The notes under the pieces: generated by a model
Told to the model about the DNA's origin: nothing
Databases searched by the model: none
What the model saw: only the letters and a program-made list of their open reading frames with translations
Translations under genes and position numbers: made by a program
Part shown: in pieces, positions 1-13,370 of the stretch
How positions within the stretch are numbered: the first letter of the stretch is position 1
Layout: the number at the start of each line of letters is the position of its first letter
Source: Raillietiella orientalis
Taxonomy: Eukaryota
Direction: 5' to 3'
NCBI GenBank assembly: GCA_036172245.1
Contig: JAYWIR010000003.1
Location: forward strand, 4,402,001-4,466,000
Length of the DNA stretch: 64,000 nucleotides

Positions 1-2870
1 TGCCCCTTTTCGACCCACCTTAGCGACCCGTCCTCCCGGTCATCCGCACCGGCAGGCGAGCCGCCCCACGCTTTCTTCCTGCCGGATCCCTCCCGAATCC
101 CGCGACCACCTCCTGTAGATAAGCCGTCCTGAGCTCTCGACAGATGGTTTCGCGCTTCTCCAGCGTCCCATCTCCCTCTGCGCAGTTACGAGAAAGTGGT
201 TGCTAGGAAGGGCGCAGCTCTCGTGGGTTCCGCACATAGAAGTGCAGAAGGCAGAGCGGAGATAGCAGCACCTTTTGGTCGTCGCGCCGTCTACACGCGT
301 CCACCTTCATGTAGGCCAAGGAGAACCCCTCCTGGTTATCGGCGATAAAGCATCATCGGAACAACGAGGAGGAATGCTGCACGCAGCATCTGGGAAAGCG
401 GGGAATAATATATCCCTGACAGAAGGGCACTCTGATCAGGGGAGGAGGACCACGACCCGAATGCAGTCGTCGCACCCTGTTTCCAGCCGCTTCCTGTTTC
501 TGCAGGGAGGGAGGGATATCAGCAGTATTCCAGCGCCAGATTCGCGCAGCCTCCTGTCAGCACAAGATGCGCGAAGCAATGAAGACCGCTCTTGCGGAAG
601 GCTCCGAGTTTGCGGCCGCATAGCTGCGGTCGCCGCGCGCGCCGTGCCAAGCGTGGCAGGTTTGAATTCCGCCTGGGGAAGGGTCGGTGCCGAGAACGGG
701 GGGTGCGTCGTGGGTTTCGAGTCTACCCCCCCCACACACACACAGAATGACGCACGCTGGTTGGCCTGTTCGGGTGCGGCACTGATGGAAGCAGACCGAT
801 GCCCCCGTTGACCGGCCGGGAGTGGAAGGGGAACCATCAGAGTCGGTTCTTCCAGAAATCAAGGAACCCTTCGAGGCTCCCATCCGGGAAGACCCCCAAC
901 GCGTACCACGGACCTGGTTGATACCCCCCTCGGAGGATCTGCTCCCCAGAGTGTCGAGAAGCGCGCTGCTCCCTTCGAGGAGCGCCCTCCAGAGAAAATC
1001 TGGAAGCATACCTTAGGGGTTCTCTTCAGAGGAGGAAACAAGGAGCGGATCCTTTCCGGGGCCCCCCTCAGGAAAAAAATCCAGGAGAGAAGAAAATGAG
1101 GAGCGGCTCCCTCCGGGTCATCGACCCCTCAGGAGAGAGGAAGGAAGAGGTGGTTTCCTTAGTAGTTCCCCTACGAAACGTAAGAGGAACGGACTCCTTT
1201 CTCCTGAGCCCTTCCTGGATTCATAGGGTGGTCCCTACAGGATTGCCCCTTTAACTTTTTCTCCCCCTGCCTTTTGTTTGCTGCCCACGGAGTAATATTA
1301 AAAGACCGACGAAGGACCTCCTCAGAATCGCCTTCTGGGGTACAGAGAGGCTCTGAGTTTTCCTGAAGGACTTGCGCGCCCCGCGTTTCGACGGAGGTCT
1401 CGGCCTCCCGACGCTGGAGCACCTCAAGCGACAGCTCCAGTAAAACACGCTTGCCCTAGTGGCGAAGCTTTGAAGCGCGAACTGGTGAGAGTCCTCACGA
1501 TAACTGGTAAAGCGATCCACCGGCTACGCAGGGCTGCCTCCGTTTCTGGAACGGCGGCGTAGACGCAACGTGTCCCGCTGCGGAATGCAGCTCCGGAGAG
1601 TGGCCTAACTGACCAGGGCCAACACCTGGATCTCCTGCCGGTCCGTGGATGGCAGCTCCTGGCTGCAGGAAACCGTTCGCACGTGGGCCCGAACAAGGGA
1701 GAGAGCCCGCAGATGCGGCAGCGACTGCTGCACTCCCTTCTATAGCAACCGCCCGCTGCAGGACGTCATCGTGCAGCCCATCACGCGTGAGTGGACGCAA
1801 AGAGCCTCCCTAACCGCGGCGCTGCTCTCCCTCAGGGAACACCTGGGCAGTAACTAGCCGGCCAAATGGGAAGTCAGTTGCGAAATAGTCTTCGGACGCA
1901 GGAAACAGGTAGCTGGATCACGGGACAGCTCACGGACGCTGCGACCTCAAGCGCCCTACCGCAAGGACTATTGCGCTGGGGCGAGCTACTGGGAATCCCG
2001 CAGGAAGACCTCATGTGGTTCCCCCAGCGCTAAAGAACAACCGGGCCCTCCCCCTGAAGTGACAGGAGTCGCCACTGCTGGTGTTGCACTGGGGTCTCCC
2101 GTGCAACGCCCGCCAGTCTCACTGGACCCAGAGGTCTGTGGACCCCAACTGTTGCAGGTGTGGGGAACGGGAATCGCTCCCTCACCTGCTCGTGGACTGT
2201 GTTGCCCTCCGACCCCTGTGATTGCGTTACCCAACGGCCCTTGGTGCACCGACGGACAATCCCAGGGACGTGATGAAGCGCCTCTTCGTGCGCGATGCCC
2301 TTTCGCCTGCCGCATCCCCGGCAGCTCTCTGCTGCCGCCTACGCGGGATCGGATGGAGGTGGCCTGGAGCTACGCGAGAGGAAGGCGGGGCGATAGGGAT
2401 GGCATCTGCTTGGCCCTGCGCTTCATGAAGACGGCAGCAAGATGGCCCCACCTGGGACCCATACTCGGATGGGACTTGCCGGCATCCTGGAAACGATGCA
2501 AAGGACGCCCTCCAGAAGACAGTGACCCCTTTCCGTGCTCTCCATAGTTTTCCTTTTTTATTAACTTTGATTTTCTTTTTTTAATTTTTGTTTGCCCCTC
2601 CGCTGTCGAGGCGAACCTCGCCGGCCTGCGTGCCGGTCACTCGGCAGGTTCCGAGCATTTCGGACGATGTAGGGCCGATGGCCCTACCCATGTATGTTTC
2701 CTTTTTATAATAAATGTCCCGGCGTGACCGAGTGATAAACCATAACCTGAAGAGTGACACACGCCCTCGGGTGGCGTGGACGGTATCAAAGAGTTTCATT
2801 GAGCCCCGTCCCCTGAGGGGGCGAATGGTTTTTCCACACTTGGCCAACGGAAAAAAAGGAAAACCCGAGT
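1..2870 (-). mobile_element. Candidate tyrosine-recombinase (Crypton-like) element, copy 1, interrupted by LINE A
   Basis: Shares the hairpin-rich block (840-1250, 2740-2870) and the EFKPATL and IADNQ-x7-MKV motifs with copies 2-4. Strand given is that of the recombinase-like frame. Confidence 0.5.
1257..2739 (+). mobile_element. L1/Tx1-like LINE, 5'-truncated copy A, inserted into YR-element copy 1
   Basis: One frame with stops reads LLRIAFWG..LRAPRFDGGLGLPTL (post-RT L1 motif) and continues into the shared C-terminal region with a CCHC zinc finger. T-rich 3'UTR and AATAAA-hairpin end. The host repeat resumes at about 2740; weak TSD (~cc[t/a]taac). Confidence 0.8.
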
Positions 2871-4899
2871 GCGGCGCGAGGCGGCGGCGCCGCATGCACC
2901 GAACCACCGCGCGCGGCCCCCTACGACGAGACGCAGCTCCCCCTGGGTGGAGTGGACTCAAGAAGCGTCCGAACGGCGAAGCACGCCACTCTTTCGCAAC
3001 CATCCGGTTCCTGTCGCAGGGGTCCAACCGGAATACCGTTCTGAGGGTCCTTCTGAGCCGGCTCTCCTCATTTCCTGCACCTCATGCGGTGCAGAACTCG
3101 GGCAGAGGTCAAAATGGACAGTCGGCTCGCTGAGGTCGTGGGCTCCCAGCAAGTGAATCGGCGCAGCCCTCCGAGAGTCGGGCGTTCCCTTGCTGTGAGC
3201 CGGCAGGGTGCCTTCCGGCAAACAACGAATAGATCTCGGTCAACCGTCCAAAGATGGACCACCCGGTCGGCAGTTTCCTTGGCCCGCCCTCCCAAGAAGG
3301 CCACTCAGCTCCTGCATGTGTGCTGATGTCCAGCTTTGCGGACTCTTCAGGAGCCATCCGAAGTGCGGGACTCTCTTTCTGAACGTTCACACGGTCTGCT
3401 ATGACCTCACTTCGACTAAAGATTCCCGAGAACAAGATGACCTTTCAAAATTCGGATCGAGACATCTCCTTGGAGTCGGTGAGATTGAGCTGCGTGCCTT
3501 CCACATGCCTACAGGATCTCCCAAGTAACTCTCCCTGAGCCGAACTTTCGGGAAGAGCGAGATTTGATCTTTTTATGGTTTCGCGTGGGCGGAGCAAAAG
3601 AAAGGACTTCCGTCTTTCCTCGTTCTGACTCCCCCCTCCTCTTCGCCGCCGCTGCCAAGAGGCAACTCGGAGCAGCGCTTTCCCAGGCTGTCTCCACAAA
3701 AAAAAACACGAAGGTCGAAAGACGGCGTCCCTGGGGATTCGGGGAAGGGAACGAGTCTCGCGGAAGTCTTCCCGCTTCCACGAAGGGAAGACTGCGTGGG
3801 GAGCCGACTCCCCTTCCCTGCAGCACACAGAAGGGACGCTGAGCGAAAGACGAGGCCTACAGCCGCCGCATAGAATCCCACTGGGGCGAGCGTCTTAACC
3901 GTCCAACGAATCCCGGACTCCTCTTCGGGCGGGAGCGCTTGCCAAAAAACCCTTCCTGACTGCACATCGCTTCAGTCTAGGGGGAATTGAAATCTCGGCT
4001 TCCGTCAGAACGGATGTTGCGCGTCGCAGCAGACAAGACTCCCGGACAATCCGATGGCGAAGAAGCGGACCGCGAGCAATCGATCTGGGAACAGGAAGTC
4101 GCGATCTGAGGAAACAGACCGAGAAGGGCTTTGCGGATCCGGACACGAGAGTCGGATGCTGGGCGCTTGGAGCAAGCGGCACGGCGCTTCAGCTAGGCGT
4201 GAGGAGAGGGGGCCATCGTAAGACCGCAACGCTCACCGCGAGTAGGTGGACGCGCAAGAGGATCGAGGATCCCAGTCTTCCCTCGGCGGCACGTCGAGGA
4301 GGAGGAGGAAGAAGAGGAAGAGAAGAAGGAAGAAGAGAAAGTGGAGAAAGAAACGTCGAGGTCGTGACCAGATGCGGGAAGAGGGTCGGAGGAAACTCTG
4401 CGAGGCGGAGGAAAGCCACAGGACCGCCTCAGCAGTAGCAGCAACCGATCAAGAAGGACCGGACGGCAGGCGGAGTCGAAGATGGAAAGGGAACCACGCG
4501 GCGACATGGCCGCAGTCTGCCGACGAAAGCAAAGAGGTGAAGCGAGGTGGCGGCGAGCGGTCGGAAAGAAGCGCGGAAGGGCGTGGCGAGTAACCGTGAG
4601 TGAGGACGCTGCAGCAATGAGTAGGAGGGAAGAAGGATGACCGACAAGAATCTGGCGCCAGGCAGCGAAAACGGAGTGCCCGGCGGCGGCGTTGGAAACG
4701 ACCGACGACGACCTACCGTCTTCACGCATCCAGGGAGCACCGCCTTTCTCCATAGATCGTCTTCGCTGGCAGCGGCGAAGTGGAAGTGTCTCGCAGTCAG
4801 CAGGACTGCTAAGGGCGATGACCTCATTCAGTTGCTGCTGTCAGGAAACAGTCCACATGATCCGGAAGCTGCGCCGCGCTATCCTGATGGTCGTCTCTG

Positions 4900-7800
4900 C
4901 ATTAATGATGCTTGTCACCAGTCAGTTTTCATCCCAGGACCACCCCACCCCATCTGCTTGGGTTGCATTTTTTTAATGCTTCGGGCCGGACACGCCCCAA
5001 CTCCACCCGCCAGACTGAAGAGCGAGTTGCGGCCCCGGGAAGGGAACGGGCGCAGATGGCAGCTCCAGGGTTGATCGCACATCCTCCCTCTCTGTTTGGT
5101 TTCTCCCGGGGCTGTACCTCCCGTCGCCTTCCCAGATCCCTTAGAAAGCCTTCGCCAGCCGAAACCCTGTGCCAACCTCGGGTGGGCGCTCATGACAACT
5201 CGCCTCTTCCTTCCTCGGGGATCCTCCCGCAACCATCCCCGAACCCTCGGACACCCCTACGCAGTGAATCCGAGCAGCATCTTGAGCCGCCGGCGCCTCC
5301 TCTTCGTGACACCAGCGGGTTCGGAGGAAGTTCTTCCGAGAGCGCGGGAGGAGAGAAAGAGGACGAAAGAGGGATGCAGCTTCCCTTGGGGCGCGGCTCT
5401 GCCATGAAACCTCCGCCATTTAAGGACCAGAAGAACCTGACGGCACGACCCCTCGCACGACTCCAGTTCGCTGAGACGAATCCTCGGGGATGGCGATGGG
5501 GCAAGCGGGAAGCGGCTCTCGACATAAAGATAGCGGCTCCTTCGCCGTCACCCCAGTTCGCGGGGATGCCCTTGCTGCGAACGGGAGCCCGCTGCTGACA
5601 CTGGAGCGATCCGCCTCCCGATCGGGGCAAGGAACGAGAAGTCCTGAGGCATGGGGGAGAGGGGGGAAGACCGAGGTGGGCAGCCGCTTCAGGGTGGCGG
5701 GCAACAGAGCAGCAGATGTAGATAAGCCGCCGTCGCAATTCGACGGGAAAAGGGGGGGAGGCGGCGCGAGACTGTTGCCATGGATACGGAAAGGGGGGCG
5801 CTGCACACGAGGATGAAGCCGGAGGAGAAGAATGCCTTTGTTGATTCCAAGTGAGGCACAGACACTAGGACTAGCCGGAGGTTTCGTGGGGATCATTGAG
5901 GAGTTCGGGGGGGGATTTCTGGTGATGGCCGTGAGTTATGACTTGTCAGTGACATGGGGTGTGTAGGAAAAGCACGAGTCGAAGCGTTCAATAGGGATAA
6001 TAAATAGTGCAAAGAGGAGATAGGTTATTAGGGATCAGGATTAGGGATCTCTTTCTGTTTGTCGGAATAGGAAAAGATTTATGAGGAGGAAGATGAGGTT
6101 AAATTGTATCCGGGGTCACGTCAATCCGACGGGGGGGGGGGGGGGGGGGAGGACTTTTTGAAGGATGGTGCGAGCTTGCATGAGTTTGCGGATTCGATTG
6201 AACTCGGCGGGAAGGAGGACATTTACGACCGGGCGTTCCGGGAACGGGAAACGCTGGGACCGGCCGGCCGAAGGCGGAAACCACTCCTTGGACCCCGGCC
6301 TGCTGTCTGGTAGGTCAACAGTCATTAGGCGGGCAGGTCACCTGGCTTCGAGGCGGGACGGAGTGGTGACTACCCACGGCGGGGGGGGAAGGAGGGCGGC
6401 GGGGAAGCCTGCGGTCCTCGGGGGGTATCCAGGAGTGCGGAACGAGGGAGTCCCTCGCACGAGAGCACTTATCTCTCTTCCCATCCACATCCTCCAGGAG
6501 AGACTCATTCTCCTCGAGATTGTGCCCCCCGGTAGCCCGCTCCAGAGGGTGGTCCCGGAACCATGAGCAAGGGAAGCCGGCTGCCGGTGAGGGGAGAGTC
6601 GAGTCCGCGGCATTCCTGAAGATTCCCTGTCCAGGGAGCCAAGGGTTTTCACGGGTGGGTGGCGGCAACAGTCAAGAGGGCCCTTTCCGGACTACTCACG
6701 GAGCTCCGCCTTGCGTTCCGCAGGCGCTGCATTCCCCCGTCGGCCGCTGACCGGGAGCGCGGCCGAGAAGGGCCCGAACCCCTGAAGAAGGTGAAATTCA
6801 GGAGGGAGATGCAAGCGTCGTGAGGGCCCGGAATCCTCCCATCCGAACTAGCAGGAGAGCTACGAGCTGGACCTCCTCCAGCTGACCCGACGTGGGTGGA
6901 AGAGCACTCCTGGGACCCGAACTCCGAGACCCGAGATCTAGCTGCAGAGGGACCGAAGAGAGGGCTCTTCGGAATGGGGCAGTAAAGATGGTTGGTAGTC
7001 CATCTGCAGTCATCATCTCTTCCCCACCTTCAATCCCCCCACCCCACCCCCACGAGTCGATGAAGGCAAAGGTGGCGCAAGTCGCGGGGGGGCTTCCCCA
7101 GAATGCCAGACCCCTCTCAGACCACCCCACGAAAGAAGTCAGCAGGCAGATTTTTCGCACTCCTTGTGGGCTGGGCGGTGGACGGACGTTCCTCCCACCC
7201 GTGAACCGGATGCTGTTCTCAGGTTCCCAAAAGACCACGGCAGCTCTGCAGCTGCGCAGGGGTAGAAGGAGCTGCACCTGACAGCGCGGTCAACGAGACC
7301 GGGGTTGCCACAGTGGCGCACAGTGCGAGACGAAACTTTTTGCGGAGTCAGCTGTAACTCACCGGAGGGCACGTGCACCTGCGAGTGCGAGGCAAGGGAC
7401 GCCACCACCAGAAGGTCAGAGGGACCACAAAGAACCCCATCCTTCAATAGTGACTCCTTCGAGGCCGCAAGAAGCTGGACAGAGGCTTGGTGAAGCGGAG
7501 GAGATCAAACCACGTGCAAGAGCTGAAGCAGCCCTCCACGGTGGTGACGGTTCGCCCCGATCACCCTGGGGGATCCTGGGACGAAGCTGCTGCGCCGCGC
7601 CGCCTCTTGAGCGCTGCTTGAGAGCACCCACTTCATCCGGAAAGGCGCGCCAACCCTTGCTCACGCCTGCGGATGAGAGCAAGCGCAGTTTGCCGCGAAC
7701 CAGACGAGACCAGTTCTCCATGATCCCCCGGGGGTTCCTTCCACTGTTCGAGCTGATTCAGGTGACATCCCTCCCTCGACACCGCACCTTCCCTGGCCAG

Positions 7801-7900
7801 CTCCATGGGCCACCTATTAGGAGGCTCACGGGCGGAACGGCAGCGCCGCGGACAGCGCTCACGAGAACAGCTCCAGGACCGAACCTTCTTCTGACGTGAC
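4900..7900 (-). mobile_element. Possible very old LINE 5' half (ORF1 knuckle and APE endonuclease remnants)
   Basis: Only weak motifs: HRPAHKEC, RSLILIPNNL, IYICCSVARHP, MCDQP. Order is plausible but the identification is uncertain. Confidence 0.25.
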
Positions 7901-10900
7901 CTCCTGCTCTAGGGGGGATGGTGTGGATGCCAAAGCTTCCGTGGAGACCACCTCCGTCTTCCCCACTAAACACCCTCTTCAGCAGTTTTGGTCAAGGACG
8001 AAACGCGACCTTGCTACTCTGGGAAGCGAGGAGTCTCCTTTCAGAACTGAGCGCTCTTTTCCCCGTCCCTCCCTCCATCCCGCAAGAGCGAGCGTTTTCC
8101 TGGTTTTCCTCTTGTTCCTCACTTCCTTCTCCTCCTCCTCCCTTCCTCCATAGCCTTCAATATTCCCCTTTCCCTCCCCTCCTCCTCGGACCACCGAGAG
8201 AGCACCGGACGTACCGTCGCTGATAAACCTTGGTGAGGAAAGCCCAGTCGCGGTGTCTCCATGCTCGGGCTGGCCGCCGCGCCGCCGTGCAGGCACGCGA
8301 GGAGCGCTCCTCATACGAAACGCAGAGCCCGAGAGGGAAGAGAGAGGAGGAAAGAATGGGTGGTGGCGGGGAGGGTTTGAGGGACGAGAAGCACGCATGC
8401 AGCCCTCCGGGGCGCTCTTCGCTTCCTCTGAGAGGCGGCGGCACGCACAGACCCGCTGCGAGAATCTCAGGATGAAAAAACTCGGACTTCCCGCGTTCTC
8501 CCCTGCTCGCCCCGGGGACGTAAGGCAGTCGAGAGGAAGGGAATGGCAAGAGTGACGGTGCGCGCGCGCGCACGCCCTCAGGGGTGACGCCAGACCGGCG
8601 CCGGTCCGCGGGGGTCTCACGCAGGAACCGTCATGAAGACTCTTCCGCCCTCTCCTCCTCGAAATGGGTCCTCCCTTAATGGACCGATCATCCGATTAGG
8701 AGAAAGGAAGCGAAAGCATGTGGCTCGCACGACAGGCGGGGTGTTGGCGCCTGAGGCGATCGGCGACACGAAGAGGCGCGGTCGCGGCAGAGGTAAGTCG
8801 ACGGCGCTGGCAACCGGTGAGTCCTTTCCTCCTAGGAGGGTCTGATCAGGGAGGTAAGCGCGGTCTCTTAGGGAGAGTGGAAGCAACCGCGGGCAAAGGG
8901 CAGAGGGAGGATCATGGTTGGGGGAAGGGGTGACTTTTTCTCTCGCTCCACCGTGCCTCCGGACGTCGGAAGGCTCTCTCCTGGAATCGAGGGTTTTTTC
9001 GGAGCCGCTCCCCGAGGGGCGCGCGTGGACGCAGGATGCAGGCTGCTGGATCCCTTAGGCTCCCGTAGGTGCTCAGACGCTTGGAGCTGCTCCGCGCCGC
9101 GCCGCGCCGCGTTGGCGGTGGCCCTTGAAACACCTTCAGTGTCAGAGGAAGGCGCAAGGGGGCAGTGCAGTGCAGAGCCGCAGCGTAAAGTTTGTTCCTC
9201 CCCTCCCCCTTCCCGTCCAGGATTAAAACAGAGGTCCTTTCGCTCCGCGATCCTTACGTCCCCGGGCGAGGTTGCTTCGGTTGCTAGGCAACGCAACTTC
9301 ACTTCAAAAAGAGGGCTTCAGGACCGCGCCACACATCCCTCGGCGCTCGTCCACTTGGATGTCCCGCGGCCCATCACGAGCGCCATTCGGAAACGGTCGT
9401 CCCCGCCGCGTAGCCGCTGGGACCCCAAGCACGCCGCGGGCAGCAGCAAAGGGGGCGTACACAAGGATGCATTGGAGCAACCCTGTACGAGGAGGGGAAC
9501 AATGAAGCTGACGATGCACCGTTAGTGGAGCGGAGGCGCGGAAAAAGTCGGCTGGGAGATCCGGATGCTGTCTGCTCTCGGAGAGAACAAGAGGAATGGA
9601 CCGACACCCTTTCTACGAGCCGCCACTGAGTGGTTCCCGGGACGAACCCAGGAAGAACTGCGACGCCCGCCTCGAGAGCGCCTTCCTTCTCCCTTGGAAA
9701 TCTTCGGCACGTGAAGCCTCCGATCCCGCAGGAGATGCCGCTAAGGAGAGGCAACCTCCTCGCCGGTCGGATCTCTGGCAGAGCTTTAGGGGGCACGCGA
9801 GCCCCTTCTCTAGGAGGTGGGAGCGGAATTTCAAGGAACGCCCCACCCAACCCGCCTTGAGATCCGGAGCGAGAGCTCCGAACTCTGAAGAGCCATTTGG
9901 CATCTTTGTCGGCATCCTTTTAGAGGAAGGAAAGCGGGGGAGAGGAGGGGGGATGAAAGGAACTCCGGAGCGCCTCCTTCAGCGGTAGCAGCAGCTACGA
10001 GCCGCTCCCAGGCAGGCGCGTACGCTTTGGTCTGCGGGGGCGCGCGCCAAGGGGTGGTGCGGTGGCAACCGAGGGAATTTCCGAGCATCACGCAGGCGCG
10101 GGATGGTTTCCGCGGCACCTTCCTGCCGCGGGCTCGGAGGCGGGGAGGAACGGGCTCGCCCCTTCCCCCCTCCCCCTCCTTTTTTTTCGAAATCTCGAGT
10201 GCAAAAAATCTCGTCGCCGTCCGCGAGATTTTTATCTCCGGCAAACGTGACGGGCTCTCGCCGCGGCCACGGGAGGTCACGTGACCGGACCCAGCATCGG
10301 GCAATCTCCTCCGCGCTGATTAAAACCGAGCAGATCGGCATGGCAGTTTCTCCGGCCGCGATCCGGACCGGGCTGATGCGAAACTCTGCAGCCGCCATCC
10401 GGCCTCAGCCAACATCTTTGTTTCCTCGAGGTGGGCGTAGAAAAGCACGCGGATAACGCAAGAGCTGCCATAAAGAAGATTCTTATCCTCATCACGACAG
10501 ACAGCCGGATGCTAATGGGGTACTTACTCCGTTCACCGCCGAAAAAAGGTTCTCGTGGAGAGAGAGAGAGAGAGGGGGGGGAGAGAAGGGGAAGAGAGGG
10601 AGAGGGGGAGTACCTGCAGCAGCGGCCTGAAATTTCAAAAGCCGAATTCCTCTTGTGGTTGCCCTGGACGGCCGGACGGACGCCAAACTGCTAAGCAAAA
10701 ACAACGGCGCTGCCTAACGAAACGACGGGATCCGTCGTCATCCCGTTCCGCGGGGAGGACGGGAACCGTTCGTTATTCTTTCGACGCAGCAGACTCCGCG
10801 GAGGAGGACAGATGCCTCGTTCCCTCTTCTTTTCCCCCCTCGATTCGAGGCGACCCGAGGCCACGACGAATTCCCCGAATCACTCGCGCGAGAGAGGAAA

Positions 10901-12689
10901 GCTCCCTCCGACCGGGATGGTGGCGGGAGCAAACAGGAAACCGGGCGAACCAGGAGCCGTTCCGACTGCCTGGAGTTACGCGGGCCGCGTGCGAGCGACC
11001 GGAAAGATCACCGCGTTGGAACAGGCCGCGCGCGCGCGCACCTCCAGAAAATGCCCGCCCGCTTTTGACGCTCTGCCGACGGAACTCGCAATTAATTTCG
11101 TGCAGACGATTACGACGCTGCGAGCGAGCGCTCCCCCGGTCCTGCTTTTCATCTTCGCCGATGGCGTCGGCTTCGTGAGATTTTGCCATCCGTGAGATGC
11201 AGTAGTGAGTGCTGCTTGCCTCTCGCGTCTAAATGAAGCATCCGCGTGAACCGAGATGGTTGCTTCATTGCTCATTAGAGCTGAAAGAAGGCGGCGCCGG
11301 CTATGGAGCCACGATGCGCTGCTGCTCCACTCCAAGGAAGTTAAGTGGACGGATAGCAGCCTCATTCCAGAAGGAAGCCGTGCAGAAGAGCTCGCGGAAC
11401 CCTCTTCAAAACAAAACGAAAAAACAAAAAAAACTCGATTTAGCAGATTTAGGTCTGGGGAGGGGGGGGTCTTTTGGCCACCTCCAGGATCGTTCCCCCG
11501 GAATCAGGAAAAGTCCGATGGAAGCACCTGAGGAAAGCGCTTCCGATTAACGAACCAAGACAAGAAGTCTCGGAAACGGCCTTTATTGGGTCTCCATCGC
11601 ACTCCGTCCGCCAGCAAGACCCAGAGCAGCACTGCGTGTCGGGAGACCACCAATGCGTGCCGGAACTCTCTCGAACGACGGCTCGCTGACGTCAGCAGCC
11701 GCGCTGGATTTACAGCGCTCGCAAGAGAGCCGTTTTCGAGATCCCGGCCGATCCACAGCTGCTATTAGCACCTGTGGGTCCGTTGCCACAGTTACCACTG
11801 CAAAATTCGAAACGAATTTCGAAGGGTAAAGACGACAACAACAACAACAGAAAAAAAAAAAAAAACTGCTGCTGCTCCCCAAATACAACGAGTCATCGAA
11901 GACGGCGCGCGGCACGGGCGACCGACTCCAAGTGCGCCGCCACGATACAGCGCCCATCCCATCCCATCGAGTGAAAGCATCGATCGGAGCGCGAAATTCG
12001 TGCATTCCTCCGGCAGCGGCTGTTGTGGTGCGGTGCTCCCTTCCGTGAAAGCCAAGTGGGGATCCAACGCTTCGGCATTCGGGGACTTCGGGAAGTGGGA
12101 GTTCTCAGAGGAACCACGAGACGCAGGATTTCGAGCATAATGGAAGCCTGGAGCTTCCGCACGGGCTTTCCAAAGCCCCGCCGGTAGGGAGAGCCCTCCT
12201 CCAGGAGCATTATCGACTCCCGACCTCCTCCTCTTCCACCTCCGTGGTTCCATTGATTCCCAGCGTTCCACCGAAAACGAACCGGAAAGGCGCTTTCCGC
12301 CTTGCGGATCCTGCGAGCCCGACCACGAGCCCAGGTTCTTCTTATCAGAAAACGCAATTAGAAAATCTTATTGATTAGGGGAACAGATGCGAGTACAATA
12401 ACGACAGCACTTTCCAGGAATACGAGATCATGGAAGCGTCGATGATCGCCTTCACGGGAAATCTCCTAAATCAACTGCGAATCGCGGCAAGAGAGAGGAA
12501 GCGGAAACATGCGGCGGAACGGGAGAAACGCCTTTTTCTTTTTCCTTTTTTTTTTACTTCCTCCCCCTCTCCCATAGAATTAGTAGGTTTTTAACTGCCG
12601 ATAAGGACTCGAACGCTGCCCGTGTTCCCGCCGCGAAGCACAGGCCTCGCTGATTGCCGTTTCATTAACGGGCACCGTTAATGAAGCAG

Positions 12690-13370
12690 CAGCAATCAGC
12701 ACTTCTGGGGGACGGGAGGAGGATGATCAGAAATGCAGCACGCGGAGAGGCGTTGGACCCCTGGGACCCGCGCGCCAAACCCGGTGTCGGCCGAGCGCCA
12801 GCATACACGGAAGAAGGCTGGGCCGCCGCTACGAAAGGCCCTACGAACACCAGGATGGGTTGGCCACAACGGGCCGTGGGCACCGGCAGAGAAGCCACTG
12901 ACAGGTCCTCCTCCGGCAAACGTAACCCTTCCTTCCTCCAGGAAGCCATCGCGGCCTTGGGCAAGGCACTGGTTGCCGAGCGCAGAAACGCTCGCTTCGT
13001 CCGCGGGAACGAGGAAGGAAGAAAACGTCGGGAGTGCGGACGCTGCGTCCTCGGCGAAAGATTCTGGTCAGTCCCCACCGTGCCGCTCGTGCTGTAGGGC
13101 AGGAAAAGGACAAACACAGCAACGCCAGGGACAGGACGCCGATAGCTTCCCAAGGGGTGTTCCGGCGTTTCGTATCGAACAAAAGGGGCGCCGCCAGGGG
13201 GCAGCTCGGCCTTCCGGGAAGCAAGAAAAAAGGACCTGGATACGACCACGACCTGCTCTGCATGCGCGAAGATCCCAACGTCGCCCGGGAGCTGGCCGTC
13301 CTCTTGGAGCGCCCAGCTTCCGAAGCTTTCGCGAGTAACCTCTGGCGACAAGCAGAAGGTGGATAGCGCT
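12690..13370 (+). mobile_element. Decayed RNase H-containing LINE 3' fragment (I-group-like)
   Basis: GWVGH..VGTGREATD resembles WVPGHxGxxGNExAD, followed by CRAGKGQT (RLRTGH-like) and HDLLC. Confidence 0.4.

Noticed and set aside
620..1250. Simple tRNA-derived SINE
   Set aside because: Homology between copies extends more than 300 bp upstream of the putative tRNA head and carries ordered YR-like motifs. Kept only as an alternative reading.
4246..4593. Arg/Lys-rich protamine-like ORF
   Set aside because: Produced by a purine-rich simple repeat; no splice or promoter support.
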